From NCBI GenBank assembly GCA_035650735.1, contig DASRGZ010000096.1:87526-151525 (forward strand): a stretch of 64,000 bases of DNA. The letters are read 5' to 3'. Made by a program: the position numbers and the translations under genes. Below, piece by piece: positions 19,033 through 28,341 of the stretch (its first letter is position 1; each line of letters begins with the position of its first letter). Below the pieces are notes generated by a model. The model saw nothing but the letters and a program-made list of their open reading frames with translations, was not told the origin of the DNA and searched no databases. The DNA is from Chthonomonadaceae bacterium (GTDB lineage: Bacteria > Armatimonadota > Chthonomonadetes > Chthonomonadales > Chthonomonadaceae).

Positions 19033-19875
19033 ATGTTCGTCGGTATCTTGACCGCTCCCTTTGCAGGAGAGCCCCTGGACATCGTCGCCGCGTTTGCGGG
19101 CGAGTATGGTTTCGGCGGCCTGGAGATCGTGGCCGGGCCGGGCAGCAAGCACATTGATACCAGCCAATTTACGCCCGAACGCGCCAAAGAAGTTCGCGAT
19201 CTGATGGATAACCGGGCGCTCCAGATCACCTCCCTGGCGGCCTATAACAATCTGACCGATGGCGATCCCGAGCGGCGTAAGGCCAACATCCAGACCGTCC
19301 ACAACGCCATTGACGCCGCCGCCTTGCTGGGCGTGGAGGTCGTCTGCACGCTGGCGGGCCTGCCCCCGGCGGGCAAAGACAAGTACAAGGTCATCGAAGA
19401 AGACTGCGCCGAAATCTTCCCGCCGCTACTGGAGTATGCCCAGAGCAAGGGCATCAAGATCGCCCTGGAGAACTGGTACGCCACCAACATCCAGCATCTC
19501 GGCCACTGGCAGCGCCTGTTCGAGGTCGTTCCCAACGCCAACTTCGGCCTCAACTTTGACCCGTCGCACCTGCTCTGGCAGGACATTGACTACATCGAGG
19601 CGGTAGATAAGTTTGCCAACCGCATCTTCCACACGCACGCCAAAGATACCGAGGTCAAGGCGCATCGCCGCCGCTGGATTGGCAACCAGGCGGGCGGCTG
19701 GTGGCGCTACGTCATTCCGGGGCTGGGACAGGTGAAGTGGGGCGAGTACCTCGCGGCGCTGCGCCAGAACGGCTACAATGGCGTGCTCTCCATTGAGCAT
19801 GAGGACAGCGCCGTGGAGCGCGAGGAGGGATTCCTCATCGGCAAGAAGTATCTGGAGCAGTTCATCGCCTACTAA
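19033..19875 (+). CDS. Sugar phosphate isomerase/epimerase (xylose-isomerase-like TIM barrel)
   Basis: IALEN, NFDPSH, HTHAKD, SIEHED; GGAGG RBS. Confidence 0.88.
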   Translation: MFVGILTAPFAGEPLDIVAAFAGEYGFGGLEIVAGPGSKHIDTSQFTPERAKEVRDLMDNRALQITSLAAYNNLTDGDPERRKANIQTVHNAIDAAALLGVEVVCTLAGLPPAGKDKYKVIEEDCAEIFPPLLEYAQSKGIKIALENWYATNIQHLGHWQRLFEVVPNANFGLNFDPSHLLWQDIDYIEAVDKFANRIFHTHAKDTEVKAHRRRWIGNQAGGWWRYVIPGLGQVKWGEYLAALRQNGYNGVLSIEHEDSAVEREEGFLIGKKYLEQFIAY

Positions 19876-20170
19876 CCCAAGCGGCGGTAGACACTCCCAG
19901 CCGTGTGGATCAATCTCACGCAGCCTGCTGCTGAGGAGATACGTCCACACCGTTGGGAGCGATTACCCAAGCGGCTACCTTATCCGCGAATCTGAGAGAA
20001 TCGCTCAGGAAATCAGGGTGAGCAATCTGCCTAGGGGAAAAACTTCCCTCGCTGGGAACCATCCGGCCTGCAAATTGCTATTGCTATAATATGGCAAAAA
20101 CATTGCCTGGAACGCCCACTAGCGGCTTCTGTCGTTACCCGAACGCTCCCGTTCCCTGCAAGCAAGGAGG

Positions 20171-22198
20171 TTGGAATTGAGATCCGGTCGCCCCCATCCG
20201 GGCCGGAGATGGGCGCGCTGCGCTCCCGGCTGGATTGCGCTGATGCTGGCGGCGTTCGCCGTGCTGGCCTCTCCCGTCTACGCGCAAAGCGCGCCTTCCA
20301 AACCTAAGCCGGCTGCCTCCCGGCCCAAATCGAGCGCCATCGATCCCACGCTGGCCGAGGCGATCAAATCCGCGCCGCAGGCCAGCCAGTGGCCCAACAA
20401 CGACTACGCCAGCCTGCTCGATCTGGGCACCGTCATCGTCCAGTCTGACGGCACGGTCGTGGCCGAGTACCGCGAGACCTACAAGCTGTTCAACGAGCGC
20501 GCCCGCCATCTGGCCGAGGTCAATCTGCCCTACAACTCCAGCTACCAGAGCATCAAGGTCCTCCATGCCCGCACCATTAAAAAGGACGGCACGGTCGTAG
20601 ATGTCAAGCCGGAGGACATCCGCAGCAGCTCGCCCTATAGCGAATACCTGATGTACGATGACGCTATGGCAATCACCTTCTCCATGCCCGCCATCGAGGA
20701 CGACTGCGTCATTGACTACACCTACCAGATCATCACGCGCCCGCTGCTCATTCCCGGACAGTTCTGGCAGTACTGGGGCTTCTCCAGCGCAGAGCCGGTG
20801 CGCCTGAGTCGCTACATTCTGCGCGTGCCCGCCGATAAGCCCATCAAGTTTAAAGCTTACAACGACGACAGCGTTAAGCCGACCATCGCGACTTCGCCGG
20901 ATGCGCGCACGAAGACCTACACCTGGGAGATGCGCGACATCAAGCCCATCGCCGTCGAGCCTTCGATGCCCAATATCCAGGATGTGCGCGTCTGGATGGA
21001 AGTCTCTTCCCTGAGTTCCTGGCAGGACATCGCCCGGTGGTTCTGGGGCCTGCAAAAGCCACAGGCCGTCCCCAATGAGGCGATCCGCGCCACCGTCGCC
21101 CAGCTCACCGCCGATAAAAAGACCGACGAGGAGAAGGCCCGCGCCATCTACGACTGGGTTGCCAATCGTACCCGCTACGTCGGCCTGGAGTTCGGCATCT
21201 CCGCCTACAAGCCGCACGCCGCCGCCGAAGTCCATGAAAAGCTCTACGGCGACTGCAAGGACAAGGCCACCCTGCTGATCACCATGCTGGGGCTGGCCGG
21301 CATCAAGGCGCATCCGGTGCTGCTGCACGCCGAGGAGCGCCGTCCGGTCGCCGATCAGCTTCCCTCGCTCAACGCCTTCGACCACTGTATCGCCCTGGCC
21401 GAGGTTAACGGCAAGGACGTCTGGCTGGATGCGACCGCTGAAACCTGCGCCTATGGCGACATCCCTGAGGACGACCGGGGCGTGCAGGCGCTGGTCGTGC
21501 GCGATGGCGTCGGCGAGTTCAAGACCATTCCGAGCTACCAGCCGCAGGAGAACGGCATAGACGCCACCACACACGTGACCCTGCACGCCGACGGCAGCGC
21601 CGAAGTCGAGAACGCGATGGAGTGGCGCGGCGCGGCGGGCCAGCAGTGGCGCGAGAGCGTCCGCAGTATCACTCCGGACAAGCGCAAGCAGATGATGCAG
21701 CGCCTGGCGCAGGGGTTCTACGTGGGCGCAACGGTCAAGGACTTTACGCTGCCGGATGGCACCGACAAGAACGGCCCCTTTGCGGTGAAGATGACCACGC
21801 TCGCGCCGCACTGGGCCAAAAAGACGGGTCGGCTGCTGCTCCTGCCGGTGGCAAACCCCCTCAACGGCGCCGAGCGGCGTAACCCTTACGTCCAGGATCA
21901 GCGCGTCTGGCCCATTATGGAGGAGGATACCTCGCTGACGCGCAGCACGACCATCATCACGCTGCCGGAGGGCTATGTCGTCGAGGATGTCCCGGACGAC
22001 GTGAACGAGGTCAGCCCGATCAACGAGTATCACCGCGCCATTGCCCGATCCGCCGACGGCAAGACCCTCACCATCACCGAGACAACCCAGGAGCGTCCCG
22101 GCAAGGTGCCGCCCGGCGATTATGCCCAGATTAAGGCGTACTACGACCGTCTGGTCCAGAGCGCGGAGGACCTGCTCGTGCTAAAAAAGGCGCAATAG
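20171..22198 (+). CDS. Secreted DUF3857 plus transglutaminase-like domain protein
   Basis: Signal peptide, ARTIKKDG, RYVGLEFG, GDCKDKA, FDHCI, WLDAT (Cys-His-Asp triad). Confidence 0.88.
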   Translation: MELRSGRPHPGRRWARCAPGWIALMLAAFAVLASPVYAQSAPSKPKPAASRPKSSAIDPTLAEAIKSAPQASQWPNNDYASLLDLGTVIVQSDGTVVAEYRETYKLFNERARHLAEVNLPYNSSYQSIKVLHARTIKKDGTVVDVKPEDIRSSSPYSEYLMYDDAMAITFSMPAIEDDCVIDYTYQIITRPLLIPGQFWQYWGFSSAEPVRLSRYILRVPADKPIKFKAYNDDSVKPTIATSPDARTKTYTWEMRDIKPIAVEPSMPNIQDVRVWMEVSSLSSWQDIARWFWGLQKPQAVPNEAIRATVAQLTADKKTDEEKARAIYDWVANRTRYVGLEFGISAYKPHAAAEVHEKLYGDCKDKATLLITMLGLAGIKAHPVLLHAEERRPVADQLPSLNAFDHCIALAEVNGKDVWLDATAETCAYGDIPEDDRGVQALVVRDGVGEFKTIPSYQPQENGIDATTHVTLHADGSAEVENAMEWRGAAGQQWRESVRSITPDKRKQMMQRLAQGFYVGATVKDFTLPDGTDKNGPFAVKMTTLAPHWAKKTGRLLLLPVANPLNGAERRNPYVQDQRVWPIMEEDTSLTRSTTIITLPEGYVVEDVPDDVNEVSPINEYHRAIARSADGKTLTITETTQERPGKVPPGDYAQIKAYYDRLVQSAEDLLVLKKAQ

Positions 22199-22460
22199 AT
22201 CTCTTCCGTAGGGGCGTACTCCAGGAGGAAGGGCGATGTTTGCGTGTGGAAGAAGGCGTTTACCGCGCCTTCTTCCGCATCTTTGGAACATTTTGCTTTG
22301 CCGCTTCGTCCTATCGGCGAACCGACCCGGTAATACGCCGATGCGTACCTGTCCTGAAAGGCTGCTATGGACATCTTGAGCCGGGCAAACGGTTGCAGCC
22401 CCATTTCGGGGTCATAGTGAAACCAAGACGCGCAAGCGTCTACAGAGAAGGAAGAGACCA

Positions 22461-22712
22461 ATGGCAGACAACACTTCTGGCAAGAGCGAGCGCGGTTTCG
22501 CCGCAATGGATGCGGAAAAGCAGCGTGAGATTGCCAGCAAGGGCGGCAGAGCAGCCCACGCCAAGGGAAAGGCGCACGAGTTCACTCCCGAAGAGGCTCG
22601 CCAGGCGGGCCGCAAGGGAGGGGAATCCGTGAGCCAGAATCGAGCGCACATGGCTGCAATCGGCCGCAAAGGCGGCGAGCGCGCGCACGTGCCCCGTATG
22701 CGCGATAAGTAA
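22461..22712 (+). CDS. KGG-repeat general stress protein (YciG/Con-10-like)
   Basis: RGFAAMDAEKQREIASKGG, EARQAGRKGG, MAAIGRKGG. Confidence 0.9.
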   Translation: MADNTSGKSERGFAAMDAEKQREIASKGGRAAHAKGKAHEFTPEEARQAGRKGGESVSQNRAHMAAIGRKGGERAHVPRMRDK

Positions 22713-22827
22713 AGGCCGATGAGGGCAGCCGCAGAAACGGCCGAAAACACGCCCCAAAAAGGCCCCGACAGCCAGAGCGGCAATTCGCACTCTGAAACTT
22801 CGGGGCCTTATTTCTGTCTGGATATGG

Positions 22828-23160
22828 CCCTCACCCCTGCCCCCCTACTGCCAGGGTCGGGGCTCAACGGACTGCAAGGGACGCCGCTCAACGGACTGCA
22901 AGGGTCGGCAGGGTTACGGCCCCTGCCTCCGCCTCGCGACACGGCTCCGCCTTGCGACACCCCTCCGCCTTGCGATCCACGCTGAGGGAGAGGGGAGCGG
23001 CCCTCACCCCCTGTCCCCCTCTCCCAAGAACAGGAGAGGGGGAACGGTGAAGCCTTGTTCTACCCTCATCCCCAGCTCTTCTCCCTAGCGGGGAGAAGGG
23101 AGAGCAGAAGCCAAGTCGCTCCTCTCCCGGCGCTGCGGGAGAGGGGAAGGGGGTGAGGGC
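22828..23160. repeat. REP-like cluster containing nested A3-B3 element copy 4 (22847-22975, plus)
   Basis: CCCTCACCCCTGCCCCCCT, three A units, three B units, then CCACGCTGAGGGAGAGGGG; further REP hairpins to 23160. Confidence 0.85.
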
Positions 23161-23239
23161 TATAAAGTCGGGGTGGGGGCCAGAATGGTATGTCCCTGTG
23201 CGGGAGGCTCCCTCACGGCCCAGCACGGCGCAGCGGGCG

Positions 23240-24409
23240 TCAGGGTTTGAGGACGACTTTGATGCAGCCTTCGCGCTTGTGCTTGAAGATCTCGTAGGCG
23301 CGGGGCGCATCGTCGAGGGGCAGGCGGTGGGTGATGAGAAACGTCGGATCTATCTCTCCGCGCTCGATCCGCTGCATCAGGAGCGGCACGTATTTATGCA
23401 CGTGTGTCTGGCCCATCTTAAACGTCAGCCCTTTGGCGAGCGCCGCGCCGAACGGGAGCTTGTCCAGGAACCCGCCATAGACGCCGGGAATGGAGACGGT
23501 GCCGCCCTTGCGGCAGACCTGCATGGCCTGGCGCAGCGCGTTCGGGCGATCCGTTGTTAGTCGCAGCGCCTGCTTGGTCCAGTCGTAGAGCTCGCCGGGG
23601 CTGGTGCCATGCGCCTCCAGGCCCACCGCATCAATACAGGCATCCGGGCCGCGCCCACCCGTCATCTCCGTTACCGCCTCCAGCAGATCCACCTCCGCAA
23701 AGTTGACCGGTTCGGCGCCGCTCTGGCTCTGGGCCAGGTGCAGGCGTTCGGGGATGTTGTCAATGGCGAGGACGCGCTCGGCGCCCAGCAGGAAGGCGCT
23801 TTTGATGGCAAATTGGCCGACCGGGCCGCAGCCCCAGACCGCCACCATATCTCCCGGCTGGATGTTGCAGTTCTCCGCCGCCTGGTAGCCTGTCGGGAAG
23901 ATATCCGTCAGGAAGACGACCTGCTCATCGGTCAGGCTCTCGGGCACCTTGAAGGCGCCCACATCGGCAAACGGCACACGCACGTACTCGGCCTGGCCGC
24001 CCGCATACCCGCCCAGCAGATGCGAGTAGCCGAACAGCCCGGAGGGCGAGTGGCCGTAGAGCTTGGCCGCCAGGACTGCGTTGGGATTGGAGTTGTCACA
24101 AAGCGACCACAGCTCACGCTGACAGAAGAAGCAGCGGCCGCAGGCGATGGTGAAGGGAATGACCACGCGGTCGCCAGGTCGGATATTGGCAACCTCGCTG
24201 CCGACCTCCACAACCTCTCCCATGAACTCATGCCCCAGGATGTCTCCCTCCTGCATCGTGGGGATGATCCCGTCGTAGAGATGCAGATCCGAGCCACAGA
24301 TCGCCGTAGTAGTAATCTTAATGATGGCGTCGCGCGGGTTAAGGATTTTCGGATCGGGCACGTTCTCCACCCGCACCTCATGCTTGCCATACCAGCAGAC
24401 CGCTTTCAT
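23240..24409 (-). CDS. Zinc-dependent alcohol/formaldehyde dehydrogenase (YbdR-like)
   Basis: ICGSDLH, GHEFMG, CGRCFFC...C, DIFPTG, GCGPVG. Confidence 0.92.
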   Translation of the reverse strand: MKAVCWYGKHEVRVENVPDPKILNPRDAIIKITTTAICGSDLHLYDGIIPTMQEGDILGHEFMGEVVEVGSEVANIRPGDRVVIPFTIACGRCFFCQRELWSLCDNSNPNAVLAAKLYGHSPSGLFGYSHLLGGYAGGQAEYVRVPFADVGAFKVPESLTDEQVVFLTDIFPTGYQAAENCNIQPGDMVAVWGCGPVGQFAIKSAFLLGAERVLAIDNIPERLHLAQSQSGAEPVNFAEVDLLEAVTEMTGGRGPDACIDAVGLEAHGTSPGELYDWTKQALRLTTDRPNALRQAMQVCRKGGTVSIPGVYGGFLDKLPFGAALAKGLTFKMGQTHVHKYVPLLMQRIERGEIDPTFLITHRLPLDDAPRAYEIFKHKREGCIKVVLKP

Positions 24410-24462
24410 TTTTCCTTCCCTTCGGTTACACCTAACCCCCGGCCCCCTTCCCTAATTCGCTT

Positions 24463-25380
24463 CTACTCGTTGATGGGACGGAAGAAGCTGCTCAAAAACC
24501 AGCCGGCGAAGCTGACGCAGACGGCAAAGAACGAGACAAAGGTAAACAGGCCGTAGAGGGCAAACAGCCCGAATGTATCGGCGCTGCTGGCGAAGGCGAT
24601 GCCCAAGAAGCGGGGCAGCGCTATGGTCAGGCCGAGCAGGGTGAGCAGTGCGGAGTTGCACTCCTGCCGGATCATCCCGACTATCGTATAGACCACCAGG
24701 CCGATGAGCGGCCCGAAGAAAAACGTCACCAGCAGAGTCACCGAGCAATCCGCAATGGCATCCTCATAGGCGGGCATGGCGCCGGTGCCGCCCATCATCA
24801 GGCTAATCAAGAATAGATCGGCGAAGATGACCTAGAAGATCGCGCTCGGAACGAAGTGGACGAGCAGCATGGACACCACCAGCAGCGGCAGGGCCATCGC
24901 CAGGCATTTCTCCCAGCCCTCTCCCAGGGAAGGCCCCTGGTCGCGCAGCTGCTCCTTGAGCATTTGCGCTGAGATCGCGCTGGGCGGCAGGTACGTGCTG
25001 GCGCTGGTGCCGACGCCCAGGCGCGCTCCCGGCGCAGGGGGCATACCGGGAGGCATATGGCCCGGCATGGGAGGCATCGCGGCGGTGGTCTCGGGCACTT
25101 CTAACACCTCGCCGCTGAGGGTCGTGCGATATTGAGTACCGGAGGCAGGCGCTGCGGGCGGCATACCGACGGTTGGCTGCGCCGCCTGATACATATTGAC
25201 GGCGGGCGGCGTCGGCGTATAGCCTGCCGTTGGGGCAACGGCAGGCGGCATCGGAATCGGGGATTGGCTGAGCGCCTGCGGACCCACGTTTTGCGGGGGT
25301 TGGGGTGAGGTCAGCGGCTTGCGGCACCATTCACACCAATCGGTTCGCCTGCTGGCCCGGCTACAGAATGGACACTGCAT
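24463..25380 (-). pseudogene. Hypothetical membrane protein (N-terminal CxxC pair, Pro-rich linker, TM helices) split by one in-frame TAG at 24832-24834
   Basis: ORFs 24832-25380 and 24463-24810 share a frame: ...VPSAIF*VIFADLFLISLMM... Confidence 0.7.
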
Positions 25381-25390
25381 TTTGATGTTC

Positions 25391-26041
25391 CTATTGTCCT
25401 TGTCCCAATTGAAGGCTCTGGATCATTTCCTCGAAAGTGAGGGCGAACGCAGCGCGCATCTCTTTCAGGCACGTGTAAACAATAGTCAGGCGGCGGTCGC
25501 CAGCCAGGACCGAGACGCGCTTGCCGGCCATCTCCTGATCGCCGAACAGGCCGTGCTTCTTAAAGGTGAAGGGGGTCATCAGCGCCTCGTAGCCGGCCAC
25601 CTGCCCGTGCTTTGTCTCTCCCTCCTGGTAATCTGCATACTCGCGCTTGAGCTCTTTGGCCTGCATCGCGTGGACGGTCTCCAGCGGCGACTTCTGCTTT
25701 TTCGCCAGCACTTCTCCGATGCCGGGCAGGGAGCTAAGCTGATCGTTTTGGGCCTTGGCGATGTCGGCAAAGAGGGAGCCTTGCAGGTCGACGGAGATGA
25801 TGATCCGGGTATTGCTGTTGGGGTCGAAGCGAACTCCCGAATCCACCCCATGAGAAGCCCACTGGTGCGGCTTCCAGTTGCCGGGATGCTGAAGGGTGAG
25901 GGACTTATCCTCCGCGGAGTAAGGGACCATCGGCGCGGGGACCGGGATGGCGAGGGGCTGGCGCGCAAACGTGGCCGTCAGGCCCGCAAGCACCAGGGCG
26001 GAGACGATCCAGACAACGCGACAGAACAACCGTTGGGTCAT
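25391..26041 (-). CDS. Hypothetical exported protein
   Basis: N-terminal hydrophobic segment; AAGGAG RBS; 10 bp from next gene. Confidence 0.65.
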   Translation of the reverse strand: MTQRLFCRVVWIVSALVLAGLTATFARQPLAIPVPAPMVPYSAEDKSLTLQHPGNWKPHQWASHGVDSGVRFDPNSNTRIIISVDLQGSLFADIAKAQNDQLSSLPGIGEVLAKKQKSPLETVHAMQAKELKREYADYQEGETKHGQVAGYEALMTPFTFKKHGLFGDQEMAGKRVSVLAGDRRLTIVYTCLKEMRAAFALTFEEMIQSLQLGQGQ

Positions 26042-26415
26042 AGCGAAGGCTCCTTTACCCTGGCCGGGGAGGCGACCGGTTCCGGTCGGCGGCGCGGCGT
26101 CTGCGGAGAGCGGAAACGCTCCTGGCCTGGTGGGAATAGCAACAGATTTGGGTCGGGCTATAATTCGGCTGTTCGTTTGCGATTCCTGCTCCGGAAACCA
26201 CGCAAAACGCGGCGTTTTTTAGCAAAAAAGGAAGGGAAATCTCCTTCGGTCTCTCCTGCGCCTTTTTCTTTTTCCTTTTGCGCCGAAAATCAAGAGCAGA
26301 CGGCACGCCTCGGACCGGCCCGCACTGGCGGCATGGCCGCGTTCTGGCGGTGGGAGGTATAATACAGCAGCAGTGGGCGGACAGATAGGATCGGGAACAT
26401 GGAGAGGAGCGGCGG

Positions 26416-27099
26416 TTGGACGCAAAAGCAGTGGCGGCGCGCAAGGCCGTTGCGTATGTTCAGAATGGGATGATACTGGGGCTGGGTTCCGGCTCGACGG
26501 CGGCCCACGCTATCCGGTTTCTTGGCGAGCGCATCCGGAAGGAGGGGCTGGAAGTGCGCGGCGTGCCCACGTCGGGCCGATCCCGCCGTCTCGCCGAGGA
26601 ACTGGGCATCCCGCTGATCGACCTGGTGGGCGTGGACGCGATTGACCTGACCATTGACGGCGCCGATGAGGTGGACCCGGCGCTGCATCTGATCAAGGGA
26701 GGCGGCGGCGCGCTGGTGCGGGAGAAGATCGTCGCCTGCGCCAGCCGCGAGCTTATCATCATCTGTGACGACAGCAAGCTCAAGCCGGCGCTGGGCGCGT
26801 TTCCGCTCCCGGTGGCCGTCGTGCCGTTTGGATGGGAGACCACGCGCCGCCGCCTGGAGCGGTTCGGTGGCGCGATCACGCTGCGCCAGGCGGCGGATAG
26901 CAACGCGCCCTTTGTCACCGACGACGGCTTCTATATTCTGGACCTTCACCTGGGACGCATCGAGGACGTTCCGGCGCTGGAGCGGCAGCTAAAGCAGGTG
27001 GTGGGTGTCGTGGAGGTCGGCCTCTTCGTCGGATTGGCCTCGCGCGTCGTTGTCGGCTATACCGACGGCCACACGGAGGAGCGCGTTCGCACCGCCTGA
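26416..27099 (+). CDS. rpiA: Ribose-5-phosphate isomerase A
   Basis: GLGSGST, DGADE, IKGGGGALVREK, GVVEVGLF. Confidence 0.95.
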   Translation: MDAKAVAARKAVAYVQNGMILGLGSGSTAAHAIRFLGERIRKEGLEVRGVPTSGRSRRLAEELGIPLIDLVGVDAIDLTIDGADEVDPALHLIKGGGGALVREKIVACASRELIIICDDSKLKPALGAFPLPVAVVPFGWETTRRRLERFGGAITLRQAADSNAPFVTDDGFYILDLHLGRIEDVPALERQLKQVVGVVEVGLFVGLASRVVVGYTDGHTEERVRTA

Positions 27100-27297
27100 T
27101 GCGCCTGTAGCTTTCCTGCTTTGTCTGTACCCATGCATGACCATGATCGGAACAACCATCCCTGCGAGGAAGGTAAGGACCATCAGGCTCAAGAACTGCA
27201 TTCGAAGGAGCGGTCGTACGAGATGAACCAGGCGTTAGAGGCTCCGTCGCGTCAGCTGGCCTTAACAACGGCATCGTCATGCGACGTTCGGGCGTCG

Positions 27298-27329
27298 TGC
27301 GCGCTGTGCCGTTGCGGGCACAGCGCGCG
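27298..27329. terminator. GC-rich hairpin between convergent genes
   Basis: GCGCGCTGTGCC-GTTGCG-GGCACAGCGCGC; no strong U tract. Confidence 0.45.
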
Positions 27330-27364
27330 AGGCTTTCGGATGGTCTACTTACCGTGAAGAGGCA

Positions 27365-28077
27365 CTACACGCGAGCGCGCCTGCGAAGGAAGCCCATGCC
27401 TATCACGCTCATGCTGACGAGAAGAGCCAGGTTACCCGCTTCAGGAACGTTGGTTGGAGGCGGAAGTGTACCGGTTGGCGTGCTGGTAAGCGTAATGTTG
27501 TCGAATGTCAGCGCGCCTCCTCCGGTATCGGTTCCCGGCGCTAACTGAAGGCGAATGCCCAACGAGGGAAGGCCGTTCGCCAGGGCGGAGTTGAACAAAG
27601 AAGTGGCATCGAAGCTGATGGTATCGCCTACGGCAAGGCCGCCCGTGTTAAAGGCGCCGATCTGGCCGATAGTTGGCGCTTCGTAATCCGAAATGTCCTC
27701 TGCATTGTTGCCCTGGTAGGCAAAAACGTCTATGTTTCCGGTAAACGGAAAGTCATTGGCGCCGGTAAAAAGCCCGCCAAGCTTAAGACTTTGATGTTGA
27801 TGAACGCCGACCCGGAGGAAAGGCCGGCCAGGTTGTATTCCGAAAGGCCGCGCACCTCTTCGTCGAAGAAATTGCCAACCTCGGCTTTTCCTGAGGGATT
27901 GCCAAAGTCGCCTCCAGTGCTTGAGTGGAAATGGGTGCCTACACTCTGATCAGCCTCGGCACTGGCGACCGAAAAGGTGAAACCGGGAGTAATCTGTTGC
28001 GCTTTGAGGGAAGCGGCTCCCATCGCAAGGGCCGCGACCATCATACCAATTATTGAGAACTTACTACGGGTGTGCAT
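27365..28077 (-). pseudogene. PEP-CTERM-type exported protein with one frameshift near 27770-27790
   Basis: Signal peptide in 27730-28077; shifted frame continues ...KLGGLFTGANDFPFTGNIDVFAYQG... into VPEAGNLALL-TM-RRRAR. Confidence 0.8.
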
Positions 28078-28130
28078 GAATGTCTCCTTTTAAACTGGTT
28101 TCGACTGCCATAAACTTTGCCCATGGCTCA

Positions 28131-28190
28131 TTTCGGCAGCAAAGAGGCTTTGCTATCTGGGTTGAGCCGTTCGCATCGGTTTGCCGTCGA
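28131..28190 (-). promoter_or_regulatory. Possible degenerate c-di-GMP-I (GEMM-I) riboswitch remnant
   Basis: Ordered motifs GGCAAACC-GATGCGAA, GCAAAGCC, GCTGCCGAA in the 5' UTR; right arm of P2 and most of P3 missing. Confidence 0.3.
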
Positions 28191-28341
28191 AGCCGGCTAC
28201 AGAGTACTGGAACCGACGCCATCCTCCTTTCCTGTGGTGTTGGCGCAGACGCCGCAAACCGCACTGCACCCCGGTTTAGCTGCCATTCCGAGAGTAGCAT
28301 GAAAATGAACGGATTAACCGGATGCAACGTCAGGCAGCGGA

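Noticed and set aside
20135..22033. 632-aa minus-strand ORF and similar long antisense ORFs (32169-34016, 48696-49964, 44613-45908)
   Set aside because: They overlap well-supported genes on the opposite strand; codon-bias shadows
22240..22632. 130-aa ORF overlapping the KGG gene
   Set aside because: The KGG frame has clear family motifs and a purine-rich RBS; this frame has no recognisable motif
22847..22975. Possible CRISPR array (also 55498-55637)
   Set aside because: Units abut without unique spacers, two unit types are present, and there are no cas genes
24832..24834. Pyrrolysine or genome-wide TAG recoding
   Set aside because: TAG is the normal stop of several genes here and no pyl genes are visible
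27219..27275. attC-like fragments (GAACCAGGCGTTAG, CCTTAACAACGGCAT)
   Set aside because: Wrong order to form one site and no complementary arms
27765..27790. Programmed -1 frameshift in the PEP-CTERM gene
   Set aside because: No canonical X XXY YYZ heptamer in frame; a simple indel or sequencing error is likelier
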